This document shows positions 1 through 9,290 of a stretch of 64,000 nucleotides of DNA, piece after piece. This stretch comes from Acidimicrobiaceae bacterium (lineage in GTDB: Bacteria > Actinomycetota > Acidimicrobiia > Acidimicrobiales > Aldehydirespiratoraceae): positions 33,760-97,759 of the forward strand of contig JAPOUM010000004.1 of assembly GCA_026708645.1 (NCBI GenBank), read 5' to 3'. A program made the translations under genes and the position numbers. The notes below the pieces were generated by a model. It was not told the origin of the DNA and did not search any database. It was given only the letters and a program-made list of their open reading frames with translations. Each line of letters begins with the position of its first letter. The stretch's first letter is position 1.

Positions 1-95
1 CACAATGCCGCCGCAGCGGCAGTCATGTCACAGGTCGCACCTAGGGTGCGCCCGCATGGAGTGTCGCCAGTGTAATTTCTGGAAGGGGCGAGATC

Positions 96-1799
96 ATGAC
101 CCGGTACCGTCAGCCCGAGATGATGGAGGCTGCTAGGGCGATGTCGACTTTGAACGCCGATCCGGCTGGTGCGCATGGTGAAGTGTTCACCCGGCGCTGG
201 GTCGTCGACTTGATCCTGGACCTGGCCGGCTATCAGGCCTCTGCTGACTTGGGAGCTTCGGCGATCGTCGAGCCTGCCTGCGGCACCGGTGCGTTCCTGG
301 TTCCGATCATCGAGCGACTAGCGGAGTCCTGCGCAACGCATGGCCGCTCGATCGTCGACATGGGGGCGGCCATCAGAGCATTCGATCTACTGGCCCGCAA
401 CGTCGACGCAGCACGCGCGTCCGCCGCCGCCCGGCTTGTCGAACTCGACCAGCCTGCCGAGGTGGCGGAGAGGCTCAGCAGGGAGTGGGTCACTCAAGGA
501 GACTTTCTGCTAGACGCGGGACTCGACGACTCCCGACAGGCCGGCTTCGTGGTCGGCAACCCGCCGTACGTCAGGCTCGAAGACGTTCCAGCCGAAGTCA
601 GCGCGGCCTACCGGTCCGAGTGCGGCACCATGCGAGGTCGAGCGGACCTGTACGTCGGCTTCTTCGAGAAGGGTCTGTCGCTGCTCGGCCCCGAGGGAAG
701 GCTGGCGTTCATCTGCGCCGACCGGTGGATGCACAACCATTACGGAGAGCGGCTGCGCGCGCTGGTCGCCGCCGACTACGCAGTGGACACTGTCATGGCG
801 ATGCACGCCGTGGACGCGTTCGAGGACGCAGTCTCGGCCTATCCGGCGATCACCGTGATTCGTAAAGGGTTTCAGGGTCCGGCCCGTGTCGTGGAGACTG
901 CTGACGGATTCGACGAAACCGATGCCGGAATCGTCGCCCGATGGCATGCCGACAGCCACGAACACGCTCCGAGTGCAGGCCGTTTCCAGGCTGGGACGCT
1001 CCAGGGATGGTTCCCCGGCAGCGGCCATTGGCCGACGGGATCGCCTGGCGCCTTGGAGTTGATAGCAGACTTGGAGGAGCGCTTCGCTCCGTTGGAGGAC
1101 TGGCTCACAGGCACTCGAGTCGGCATCGGCGTGGCCACCGGCTGCGACGACGTCTTCATCGTCGAGGACGCTCCGGGAGTGGAGCCCTGCCGCCTGCTGC
1201 CAATGTTGACCGCGCACGACATCTCTCATGGCACGCCTGACTGGAGCGGGCGATTCCTCGTGAACCCCTGGGAGGACGGTCGCTTGGTGGATCTGGATGA
1301 TTATCCCGGCCTGGCCGCATACATCCGGGGTCACGCCGCGCGAATCAAGCAGCGGCATGTGGCACGTTGCAGACCGGCTTCCTGGTACCGCACGATCGAC
1401 CGGGTCGCCCCTGAACTGCAAGCACGACCGAAACTGCTTCTCCCTGACCTAAAGCCGGCGGCTCATCCAGTGCTGGACACAGGCGACTTCTATCCTCATC
1501 ACAACCTTTACTATGTGGTGTCCGACAAGTGGGACCTGGAAGTGCTCGGCGGACTGCTGCTGTCGGACATCGCCAACCTGTTCGTGGGCGCCTACTGCGT
1601 GAAGATGCGCGGCGGCACCTACCGATTCCAGGCTCAGTATCTCCGGAAGATCCGAGTCCCCGACTACGACGACATCAGCGCGGCGTCCGCCGCCGCTCTC
1701 ACCGAAGCCTTCAGACGCCGGGACCGTCCTGCGGCCACCGCCGCAGCCGCTGAGCTATACGGGATCAGTCGGGCCAACCTCCTCGCCGCTGTGGCATGA
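96..1799 (+). CDS. N6-adenine DNA methyltransferase, type II, gamma-class (Eco57I/TaqI-like architecture)
   Basis: 567-aa ORF. SAM-binding motif EPACGTGAFL precedes catalytic motif VVGNPPYV. Long C-terminal target-recognition region. Convergent with a restriction-enzyme-like ORF. Confidence 0.85.
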   Translation: MTRYRQPEMMEAARAMSTLNADPAGAHGEVFTRRWVVDLILDLAGYQASADLGASAIVEPACGTGAFLVPIIERLAESCATHGRSIVDMGAAIRAFDLLARNVDAARASAAARLVELDQPAEVAERLSREWVTQGDFLLDAGLDDSRQAGFVVGNPPYVRLEDVPAEVSAAYRSECGTMRGRADLYVGFFEKGLSLLGPEGRLAFICADRWMHNHYGERLRALVAADYAVDTVMAMHAVDAFEDAVSAYPAITVIRKGFQGPARVVETADGFDETDAGIVARWHADSHEHAPSAGRFQAGTLQGWFPGSGHWPTGSPGALELIADLEERFAPLEDWLTGTRVGIGVATGCDDVFIVEDAPGVEPCRLLPMLTAHDISHGTPDWSGRFLVNPWEDGRLVDLDDYPGLAAYIRGHAARIKQRHVARCRPASWYRTIDRVAPELQARPKLLLPDLKPAAHPVLDTGDFYPHHNLYYVVSDKWDLEVLGGLLLSDIANLFVGAYCVKMRGGTYRFQAQYLRKIRVPDYDDISAASAAALTEAFRRRDRPAATAAAAELYGISRANLLAAVA

Positions 1800-1843
1800 A
1801 CCCGACCTAAGCCCGTCAGCATCCAACCCTTGAGGTGTTGCAG

Positions 1844-2590
1844 CTACTCTCCAGCCGACCAGTCGATACTCGGGTTGGTGGCCATGAATTGCAGACACCG
1901 GCCATGAATGGCCGCCGCAAAAGCCTGGAAGCTGACTGACTCCGACGGGAAGCGAACGGCGGCCGAATCCTTGTCGGCGAGTACCACGCACGCCGCATCG
2001 AGCAGGCGCTCACGAACCATCCGTTCGAAGAAGATCACATATCGATCCGCGTAACTGGCCTCATTGAAGGCCGGGTCCGGCGACCATACGACTTGGCGTG
2101 ACGAGACCGGGGCGGTGAAGGCTGCATTGTCCTCCAGCAGCATGAAATAGCCGAGCCACGGGCGCTGCGGACGGATGATCTCACGCTCCACCGCCTTCCA
2201 AACATCGACGGCTTGGCCTAGCGCCTCGTCAGTGCGGTTGTTGTAGTTCTGTCCCGGACTGCTGCCCGCCATCGACTTCAACTCGACGATTCCGACCACC
2301 CGATCGGCCACCATAACCACGATGTCCCAACTCTTGTCGCGTCGGAAGTAGCCGGCGATCGGGCGACGCTTCACGTCGATCAAGCGAGCCGATATGCCCG
2401 CGTCTACGAACACGCTCACCACGAGTTCGTGCAGAGCGTCCAAGTGTCGTCCTCCAGTCACCTCAGCTCGGATGCCGGTGTTCAAGACTCCCCTGCTCTG
2501 AGACTCGTCGGCCTGCGAGCGCCGGACCGCCCAGTAGTCGGCCACGGCAGCCTGCACCGAAGCGCTGTAGTCAGGAAGCTTTTCAGGCAT
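1844..2590 (-). CDS. type II restriction endonuclease, possibly XhoI/PaeR7I-like
   Basis: 248-aa ORF tail-to-tail with the methyltransferase. The block IVELKSMAGSSPGQNYNNRTDEALGQAVDVW matches my recollection of the XhoI/PaeR7I family core. The family assignment is from memory only. Confidence 0.5.
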   Translation of the reverse strand: MPEKLPDYSASVQAAVADYWAVRRSQADESQSRGVLNTGIRAEVTGGRHLDALHELVVSVFVDAGISARLIDVKRRPIAGYFRRDKSWDIVVMVADRVVGIVELKSMAGSSPGQNYNNRTDEALGQAVDVWKAVEREIIRPQRPWLGYFMLLEDNAAFTAPVSSRQVVWSPDPAFNEASYADRYVIFFERMVRERLLDAACVVLADKDSAAVRFPSESVSFQAFAAAIHGRCLQFMATNPSIDWSAGE

Positions 2591-2714
2591 TCGGCTCCTC
2601 AGTTCGGACTGTCAGGAGGTGAGGCGATACCATCAAGTTGGTGAATCCCCGCCTCAACTCGGCCTTGAGCGCCTTGCTAGAACCGCCGCCCTCCACGAAT
2701 AGCGTCACGCTCAC
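2583..2714 (-). pseudogene. truncated DUF4276-like partner of the AAA15 ATPase (about 43 codons left)
   Basis: GTG at 2714-2712 overlaps the ATPase TGA (2713-2711) as GTGA. The translation VSVTLFVEGGGSSKALKAELRRGF resembles the N-terminal VEGGG motif of DUF4276 proteins. The frame stops at 2583, just inside the restriction gene start at 2590. Confidence 0.35.
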
Positions 2715-3997
2715 CAGCGAGTGCCGCCTATCTGGCCGCTCGTCCACATCTCCCCTAGCCGATACTTCTCCAACCACTTGTCGAGATCGGCACGGTCTAA
2801 ACGGCGCATCTTGGTGGCTCCGTCATCGTTCTCGAATACCACTACCGCTTCCGGCGTGTCGGAGAGAGCATCGATCAGAATGTCTGAGTGCGTCGTGACG
2901 CATAATTGGATCCGCTCACTGGCTGCTCGAAGATGTCTCGCTAAAGCAACCACGAGGTCAGGATGAAGTCCCAATTCAGGCTCTTCTATGAAGATGATAG
3001 GCTGCGCATTAGGATTGTAGAGCATCGCCAAAAGGCAGAGATATCTTATTGTTCCGTCTGAGAGTCTTGTTGCTGGAACAGACTGTTTCCGCGCCTCTGT
3101 AAAATAAATTTGAACAGAACCGCTATTGATAACCACATTATAGTCGGTGAAATTCTCGTAGAGTTCTCTCAGTCCGCTCATAAGGCTCTCTTTGGCCTCG
3201 GGGAACTGTCCGATTTGGTTCAGGACAAGAGCCAGATTTCGATAATCCTCATCCAGCCGATCTCCACGAGCGTCCGCGGCCTGCGATCGTCGGAGTTCTG
3301 CATCACGGCCGAAGGACCACTGGTCATACACAGTCAACGAGTTGTAGATCCCAGAAATCAGGCTCAAGTGCGGATAATCGAGCGGCGAATGAACTTGCTG
3401 AAGTATCGACTGATCCTTGGAGTCGGGATATGGACGGGCCACAAGAGGCCCGCGCGCCGCCCGCTCGACATCGAGTCTCGCCCACCGAAGCCCCGTACCA
3501 GGCACCATCGGCGGTCTGTCCGAGTCAGCATTGCCGTCTGGATGCAACACACGGACACGCGCTTCACCTGTGTCCAAATCTGACCGATAGATCACGCAAT
3601 CAGGCAGATGCTTGATGTTCTCGACTGCCACTCCGAACTTAGAATCCATGCATCTCAGAACGAGGCTGTGCTCAATCTCGAACGACGTCGGCTTGACCAC
3701 CACTTCCAAGCTCGGTTCCCCGGCGATATCTCCCGCCCAGAGCCAACTCGCGAGACCGCCTCCTCGCCGCACAGCGTCCTGCAGATCGACAGGAACGCTG
3801 CGCAGCAACTTGAAGACGTCGAACAGGTTCGACTTTCCCGAGCCATTCGGGCCGATCAGGACGTTCAACATTCCGAGTCGCAGCGGGGCTGTCTCGGGGC
3901 CGAATGAGAGCAGACCCCTGGGCCGAACGCTCTGGATCAAAGGGCCGTCGATCACGGCAGACAGTGCCATTGATGCGTCCCCGGAGTCACTCCGCAT
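2711..3997 (-). CDS. AAA15/ABC-type ATPase of the defence-associated kind
   Basis: Walker A LIGPNGSGKSNLFD. Walker B/D-loop IIFIEEPELGLHPD. SDGT signature-like motif. The central part (about 2950-3450) is visibly AT-richer than its surroundings. The start could instead be the internal M of MALSAVIDG. Confidence 0.8.
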   Translation of the reverse strand: MRSDSGDASMALSAVIDGPLIQSVRPRGLLSFGPETAPLRLGMLNVLIGPNGSGKSNLFDVFKLLRSVPVDLQDAVRRGGGLASWLWAGDIAGEPSLEVVVKPTSFEIEHSLVLRCMDSKFGVAVENIKHLPDCVIYRSDLDTGEARVRVLHPDGNADSDRPPMVPGTGLRWARLDVERAARGPLVARPYPDSKDQSILQQVHSPLDYPHLSLISGIYNSLTVYDQWSFGRDAELRRSQAADARGDRLDEDYRNLALVLNQIGQFPEAKESLMSGLRELYENFTDYNVVINSGSVQIYFTEARKQSVPATRLSDGTIRYLCLLAMLYNPNAQPIIFIEEPELGLHPDLVVALARHLRAASERIQLCVTTHSDILIDALSDTPEAVVVFENDDGATKMRRLDRADLDKWLEKYRLGEMWTSGQIGGTRW

Positions 3998-4187
3998 CCG
4001 CCGAAGTCTGCCGAGACTGGACTGAGTGACGATGGCCCTGAATCATCGTTGCCCATGGGCTGCTCCTTCATCTAGCTTTGTGATGGTAGCGGCCAACGCA
4101 GCCGCCTGAACGGCGCACGGGCGGCGGCGCACGGCCCTGACTGGCCCGCCGCAGGAACCTGCACGGGGCGTCTCGGGACGCTGGGCT

Positions 4188-4200
4188 CCCCCCCCCCCCC
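4188..4200. repeat. homopolymeric C13 tract
   Basis: Direct count: positions 4188-4200 are all C. The tract is 36 bp from the 3' end of tRNA-Asn. Confidence 0.95.
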
Positions 4201-4235
4201 GATCCGCGAAGGCTCGTCAGCGCCTCTTCGTCGGG

Positions 4236-4308
4236 CTCCGGGGGTGGGACTCGAACCCACAACCTAGCGGTTAACAGCCGCTTGCTCTGCCAGTTGAGCT
4301 ACCCCGGA
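4236..4308 (-). tRNA. tRNA-Asn (anticodon GTT)
   Basis: The reverse complement folds as a cloverleaf: acceptor TCCGGGG/CCCCGGA, anticodon loop CTGTTAA, T-arm GTGGG-TTCGAGT-CCCAC. CCA is not encoded. Confidence 0.9.
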
Positions 4309-6152
4309 TCAGCCTGAGATGCTACCAGCGCGCCGGACACGGAGGCGCGACCCGCGAAATCCTCGAGGCTGCGGGCGTGCTCGATCAGCCAGGGCAGCAG
4401 ACCCGCCAGAGCCTCATCGCGGGTGCCGCGCTCGCTGAGCCGCTCCGCCTGCTTGTGTATCCACACGAGACTGTCTATGTAGCGCCGCCTCTCCGCTGGA
4501 TCGCTCGTCGCGCGGTTCAGCCGCCGCAGGCTGCCCATGGCGCGATCGGCGGTGAGGCGAGCCACCCGTGCCAGAACGTCCTCCACGGACGCGTCGCCCG
4601 GGTCGATGGCGAGCCGGTGCAGCAGCTGCGCCGCCGCCTGCGACACCCGGTCCGCGGCTTCCGCCACGGCGCCCTCGCTCGCCAGAGCCTCATAGGCCTC
4701 ACGGCGCACCGGGTCGCCGAAGAGCACGGCGCTCAACCGCCCGGCCACATCATCGGGCCGGTGCATCGCCAGCCTCAGAGCCTCGTCTTCGGGGGTGAGC
4801 CGGCCGTCCCCGCGGACGGCTTCCGCAGCACTTCCAGACTCGCCGGAGACGCCGCGGGCGCTGCGCCCGTCAGCGCCCGAGGCCGCGAAGCGGCGCAGCT
4901 GCTCCGAGTCGACCTGGCAGCGGTCCGCCACATCCAGCACCCGCCGGTCGCGGACCATGGCGTCGGGGTGCTCGTTGACCACGGCCACAGCCCTCTCGGC
5001 GGCGCGCACTCGGCGCTCGATGGTGGACAAGTCCGCCTCGGCGAGGACTCGATCCACCCGGAACTGCAGCAGCGGCACAGCCTCCTCGACCGCCCGCCGC
5101 AGCTCTGCGGGATCGGATCTGGCCAGGTCTCCGGGGTCCTGGCCGGGCGGCAGGTCGGCCACCAGCACCTCCAGCTCGAACTGGCGCTCCCAGTCGTAAA
5201 CCCGGACCGCGGCTGCCGCCCCGGCAGCGTCGGCGTCGAAGGCGAGCACCAGCCGGTCGGCCGAGAAACGCTTCAAGAGCCGCACATGATCCTCGGTGAG
5301 AGCCGTGCCGCAAGTGGCCACAGCCAGAAGGATCCCCGCCTCCGCGCAGCCGATCACATCGGTGTAGCCCTCGCACACCACCGCCTGACCGGCTCTGACG
5401 ATCTCTCTGCGGTGCTCGTGCAAACCGAAGAGGACCCTGCTCTTGTCGTAGGTCTTGGCCTCAGTCGAGGTGTTCAAATACTTCGGGCCGTCACCGTCGG
5501 GCATGACCCGGCCGCCGAAACCGACCGTGTCGCCCCTCTCGTCGGTTATCGGGAACAGGATCCGAGCCCGGAAGAAATCCTGCTGACGGCCGCCGCGATT
5601 GACGAACCCCAGCCCGGAATCGCGCAGATCGTCGTCGGAGAGCCCCAGATGCTCGGCCAGACGATCCCAGTCGTCGGGCGCCCAGCCCAGCTTCCAGCGG
5701 CGCACTAGATCCCCGTCGTAACCACGCGACCGCAGATAGCTGCGGGCCGCTCCGGCGTCGCTCCCGGCGAGCAGCCTCCGGTGGTAGAAGTCGGCGGCCG
5801 CGGCCACCGACTCCAGCAGCCTCCGCTTGCGGCTGCGGGCCGCTCTCTCGTCGCTGCTGGTGTAGTGAAGCTGGATCCCGGCTCGCGCCGCCAGCGATTC
5901 GACCGCGGCGATGAAATCGAACCCTTCGATCTCCTGCACGAAAGTGATCACATCACCGCTGCGCTGACAGCCGAAGCAGTAGTAGACGCCCTTGTCGGGA
6001 GACACCGACAACGACGGGGTGCGCTCGCCGTGCAACGGGCAGCGGGCCATCCACTGCCGGCCGGAGCGTTTGATTTCGGTGTGCTCGCCGATGATCGCCA
6101 CAATGTCGCTGGCCGCCCGCACCCGGGCTATGTCGTCGGCAACGATCCCCAT
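4299..6152 (-). CDS. dnaG: DNA primase
   Basis: Zinc-finger CPLHGERTPSLSVSPDKGVYYCFGCQRSGD. TOPRIM VVCEGYTDVI. The 3' end overlaps the first 10 nt of tRNA-Asn. Confidence 0.9.
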   Translation of the reverse strand: MGIVADDIARVRAASDIVAIIGEHTEIKRSGRQWMARCPLHGERTPSLSVSPDKGVYYCFGCQRSGDVITFVQEIEGFDFIAAVESLAARAGIQLHYTSSDERAARSRKRRLLESVAAAADFYHRRLLAGSDAGAARSYLRSRGYDGDLVRRWKLGWAPDDWDRLAEHLGLSDDDLRDSGLGFVNRGGRQQDFFRARILFPITDERGDTVGFGGRVMPDGDGPKYLNTSTEAKTYDKSRVLFGLHEHRREIVRAGQAVVCEGYTDVIGCAEAGILLAVATCGTALTEDHVRLLKRFSADRLVLAFDADAAGAAAAVRVYDWERQFELEVLVADLPPGQDPGDLARSDPAELRRAVEEAVPLLQFRVDRVLAEADLSTIERRVRAAERAVAVVNEHPDAMVRDRRVLDVADRCQVDSEQLRRFAASGADGRSARGVSGESGSAAEAVRGDGRLTPEDEALRLAMHRPDDVAGRLSAVLFGDPVRREAYEALASEGAVAEAADRVSQAAAQLLHRLAIDPGDASVEDVLARVARLTADRAMGSLRRLNRATSDPAERRRYIDSLVWIHKQAERLSERGTRDEALAGLLPWLIEHARSLEDFAGRASVSGALVASQADPG

Positions 6153-6224
6153 GAGGCGAACCTACCAGTCCCCCGCGACGCTGATCCTCCCGACCGTCGG
6201 ATGCCGCCGCGCCTGCCGGCGTGC

Positions 6225-7622
6225 CTACTGGAGGCGGTCGCTCAGATAGGCGGGCAGGCGGTCGATGCCGACCCGGTCCTGAGCCATGGAGTCGCGGTCT
6301 CGCACCGTCACTGCGGAATCTTCGAGCGTCTCGAAGTCGATGGTGACGCACAGCGGAGTGCCGATCTCGTCCTGACGGCGGTAACGGCGTCCGATCGCCT
6401 GAGTCTCGTCGTAGTCGCAGCTCCAGCGGCCCTTGATCAAGTCGAACACCCGGTTCGCCTCAGGCACCAGCGCTTCCTTGCGCGACAGCGGCAGCACCGC
6501 CGCCTGATACGGCGCCAGCCGGTGGTCGAGACCTAGCACCACGCGCTCGGCATCGTTGACCGTCTCCACGCGGTAGGCCGACATCAGAAACGCCATGGCG
6601 GCACGAGTAGCTCCTGCGGCGGGCTCGATCACGTGAGGCACGTAATGCTCCCCGCTAGCGGGATCGAAAACGTCCAGACGCTCGCCGGAGCGCTCCGCGT
6701 GGCAGCGCAGGTCGTAATCGCCGCGGTTGGCGACGCCTTCGAGCTCGCCCCAACCCCACGGAAACAGGAACTCCACATCAGAAGTGGCCGACGAATAATG
6801 GCTCAACTCGTCGGCGTCGTGGGCTCGCAGCCGCAGCAGCTCGGGCCGGATCCCCAGATCCAGATACCACTGCATGCGCGCCTCGCACCAGTGCTCGAAC
6901 CAGCCTGATGCATCCTCCGGCGGCACGAAATACTCCATCTCCATCTGCTCGAACTCGCGGGTGCGGAACACGAAGTTGCCCGGAGTGATCTCGTTGCGGA
7001 ACGACTTGCCGATCTGGGCGATGCCGAAAGGCGGGCGTTTGCGGCCGGAGCGCGCCACGTTGGCGAAGTTGATGAACATGCCCTGGGCCGTCTCGGGACG
7101 CAGATACACCTGAGCAGCCGATTCGGCGACAGGGCCGGCGTGGGTGAAGAACATCAAGTTGAACTGTCGGGGCTCTGTGAAGTTGCCCCCCTCGCGGCAG
7201 TCCGGGCAGGCCTTCGAGTCTTCGAGCTTGTCGAGACGGTGGCGCTGGCCGCAGTCACGGCATTCCACCATCGGATCCGTGAAGTGGTCGAGATGCCCGG
7301 AAGCCTCCCAGACGGCAGGAGGCGACAGGATCGACGCGTCCAAGCCGACCACGTCATGGCGCAGCTGCACCATCGAGCGCCACCATTGCTCCTTGACGTT
7401 GCGCAAAAGCAGCACCCCCAACGGCCCGTAGTCGTAAGCCGAACGGAATCCTCCGTAGATCTCCGCCGAACGGAACACGAAACCCCGCTTCAGGCACAAG
7501 TTGACGACCGCATCGAACAGAGACGAGCCGCCAGGGGCCGCTTCCGGGGCGCTCTCAGCAGCCTCGGACGCTCGCGCGGGGACCGCGACGGAAACTTCGG
7601 GAATCTCGGCGGTCTCGGGCAT
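6225..7622 (-). CDS. glyQS: glycine--tRNA ligase (dimeric class II type)
   Basis: Class II motifs, for example FRNEITPGNFVFRTREFEQMEMEYF. I placed the start at ATG 7622 (MPETAEIP) rather than the upstream extension given in the track. Confidence 0.9.
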   Translation of the reverse strand: MPETAEIPEVSVAVPARASEAAESAPEAAPGGSSLFDAVVNLCLKRGFVFRSAEIYGGFRSAYDYGPLGVLLLRNVKEQWWRSMVQLRHDVVGLDASILSPPAVWEASGHLDHFTDPMVECRDCGQRHRLDKLEDSKACPDCREGGNFTEPRQFNLMFFTHAGPVAESAAQVYLRPETAQGMFINFANVARSGRKRPPFGIAQIGKSFRNEITPGNFVFRTREFEQMEMEYFVPPEDASGWFEHWCEARMQWYLDLGIRPELLRLRAHDADELSHYSSATSDVEFLFPWGWGELEGVANRGDYDLRCHAERSGERLDVFDPASGEHYVPHVIEPAAGATRAAMAFLMSAYRVETVNDAERVVLGLDHRLAPYQAAVLPLSRKEALVPEANRVFDLIKGRWSCDYDETQAIGRRYRRQDEIGTPLCVTIDFETLEDSAVTVRDRDSMAQDRVGIDRLPAYLSDRLQ

Positions 7623-7785
7623 GGCCCTCACAGGGTAGGTTGAAAGGCCCGGATTGCCAGAGCAGCGCGGCGATTCACCGGTGCCAGCTCGCCCCGCCCG
7701 CACAGCGCCCCTGCCGACGCTGCCGCCCTGCCCGCACTGCGCTCACTGAGCAGCACTGCCGCCTCGCACGGCCCGCGCTGCGCGT

Positions 7786-8505
7786 TCAGCTGCGTTCCAG
7801 AACCGCCATGGAGCGCAGGCGCCGCTCGAGATGCGCTTCGATGGCTGCGGTCGCCAGCTCTGTCACCTCGCCGGCCGCGTCGTCTTCGCTGCGGCGCAGA
7901 GCCGTCCCGAGCTGCCCGCCCAGAATCTGACGCAGCAACTCCAAGGCGTCCTGGCTGATCGATCGACCCTGCCGGCAGCGCCGGCACAGCACCCCGCCCG
8001 CAGCGACGTCCAAAGCTTCGAACGGCCCGTCGGCGCCGCAGGCGACGCAGCTGTGCAGTTCGGGCTGGACGCCTTCCAGCATCAACAGCTTCAAGAAGAA
8101 GCCGGCCACGATCAGGCCGCTCTGCAAACTCTCCAGAGTGCCGAGCGCCCGCACTAGCATCACATGGCGCTGCGGGTCGCTCTCGGCTTCAGGCGCCAAC
8201 TGCTCGACGGCTTCCAGCATGGCGGAAGCTTGGGCGAACCTCGCCGGGTCGCTGCGCAGACCGACGAAACGGTCGATGGTCACCGCCTGCGCCAGCGTCT
8301 GCAGTTCGCTGCGCCCCTCATAGAGCTGCACCGACACATGACAGGCCGGCTCCAAGCGGGCGCCGAACTTCGAGCGGGTCCGACGCACCCCTTTGGCCAC
8401 GGCACGGACTTTGCCGTGGCCGAGAGTGTGAAGACTGACGATGCGGTCGGCTTCGCCCAGCTTCCAGGTGCGCAACACCACCGCCTCGTCGCGGTAGAGC
8501 GGCAC
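7786..8505 (-). CDS. recO: DNA repair protein RecO
   Basis: N-terminal OB-fold signature MPLYRDEAVVLRTWKLGEADRIV. Cys cluster CVACG...CRRC. Conserved recO-uppS-era neighbourhood. Confidence 0.85.
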   Translation of the reverse strand: MPLYRDEAVVLRTWKLGEADRIVSLHTLGHGKVRAVAKGVRRTRSKFGARLEPACHVSVQLYEGRSELQTLAQAVTIDRFVGLRSDPARFAQASAMLEAVEQLAPEAESDPQRHVMLVRALGTLESLQSGLIVAGFFLKLLMLEGVQPELHSCVACGADGPFEALDVAAGGVLCRRCRQGRSISQDALELLRQILGGQLGTALRRSEDDAAGEVTELATAAIEAHLERRLRSMAVLERS

Positions 8506-8510
8506 GGCTG

Positions 8511-9281
8511 TCAGCCGTCGCCGTTGGAGGCAGCCACCGAAGCGTTGCTCGGGCCCGCGCCGTTGGGGGCGAGCCGGCCGAAGCGCCGCTCACGCTCCTG
8601 ATAGACCCTGATCGCTTCGTAGAGGTCGCCGCGCCTGAAATCCGGCCAGGCCGTGTCGGTGAAATAGAGCTCGCTGTAGGCCAACCCCCACAGCAGGAAG
8701 TTGGAGGTCCGGCTCTCGCCTGAGGTGCGGATCATCAGATCCGGCTCGGGCATCTCCGGGTCGTACAACCGGCGGGCGATGGTCCGCTCGGTGATCTGCT
8801 CGGGCCGCATCCCCGCGCTCACAACGGCACGTACCGCGTCGACGATCTCGGCGCGTCCTCCGTAGTTGAAAGCGATCGCGAGCGTCATTCTGCTGTTGTG
8901 CTCGGTGAGCCTGATGGCGTCGTCCATCAAACCCAGCAGCCTCTTGGGCACCCGCTGGTCGCGGCGACCCACGAAACGGACCCGCACTCCCCACTGATGC
9001 AGCTCATCACGGCGTCGCAGCAGGATGTCCTCGTTGAAATCCAGCAAGAAGCGCACTTCGTCAGCCGGCCGTCGCCAGTTCTCGGTGCTGAAGGCGTAGA
9101 CGGTGAGCCATTCGACGCCGATGTCCAAAGCGCCCTCCACCACGTCGAACAAGGCTTCCTCACCGGCACGGTGACCCTCGGTGCGGGGCAGGCCGCGCGA
9201 CTGCGCCCAGCGGCCGTTGCCGTCCATGACGCAAGCCACGTGCGCGGGGACGCGCTCTAGATCCAAAGCCGCAGCGATCAT
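8511..9281 (-). CDS. uppS: isoprenyl transferase / undecaprenyl-diphosphate synthase family
   Basis: Motifs HVACVMDGNGRWA and FSTENWRRP. Confidence 0.9.
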   Translation of the reverse strand: MIAAALDLERVPAHVACVMDGNGRWAQSRGLPRTEGHRAGEEALFDVVEGALDIGVEWLTVYAFSTENWRRPADEVRFLLDFNEDILLRRRDELHQWGVRVRFVGRRDQRVPKRLLGLMDDAIRLTEHNSRMTLAIAFNYGGRAEIVDAVRAVVSAGMRPEQITERTIARRLYDPEMPEPDLMIRTSGESRTSNFLLWGLAYSELYFTDTAWPDFRRGDLYEAIRVYQERERRFGRLAPNGAGPSNASVAASNGDG

Positions 9282-9290
9282 CGCCTGACG

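Noticed and set aside
4377-5708. 443-aa plus-strand ORF, with several others, inside dnaG
   Set aside because: It is antisense to a gene with unmistakable primase motifs. Its Arg/Pro/Gly/Ala-rich translation is typical of shadow ORFs in high-GC DNA.
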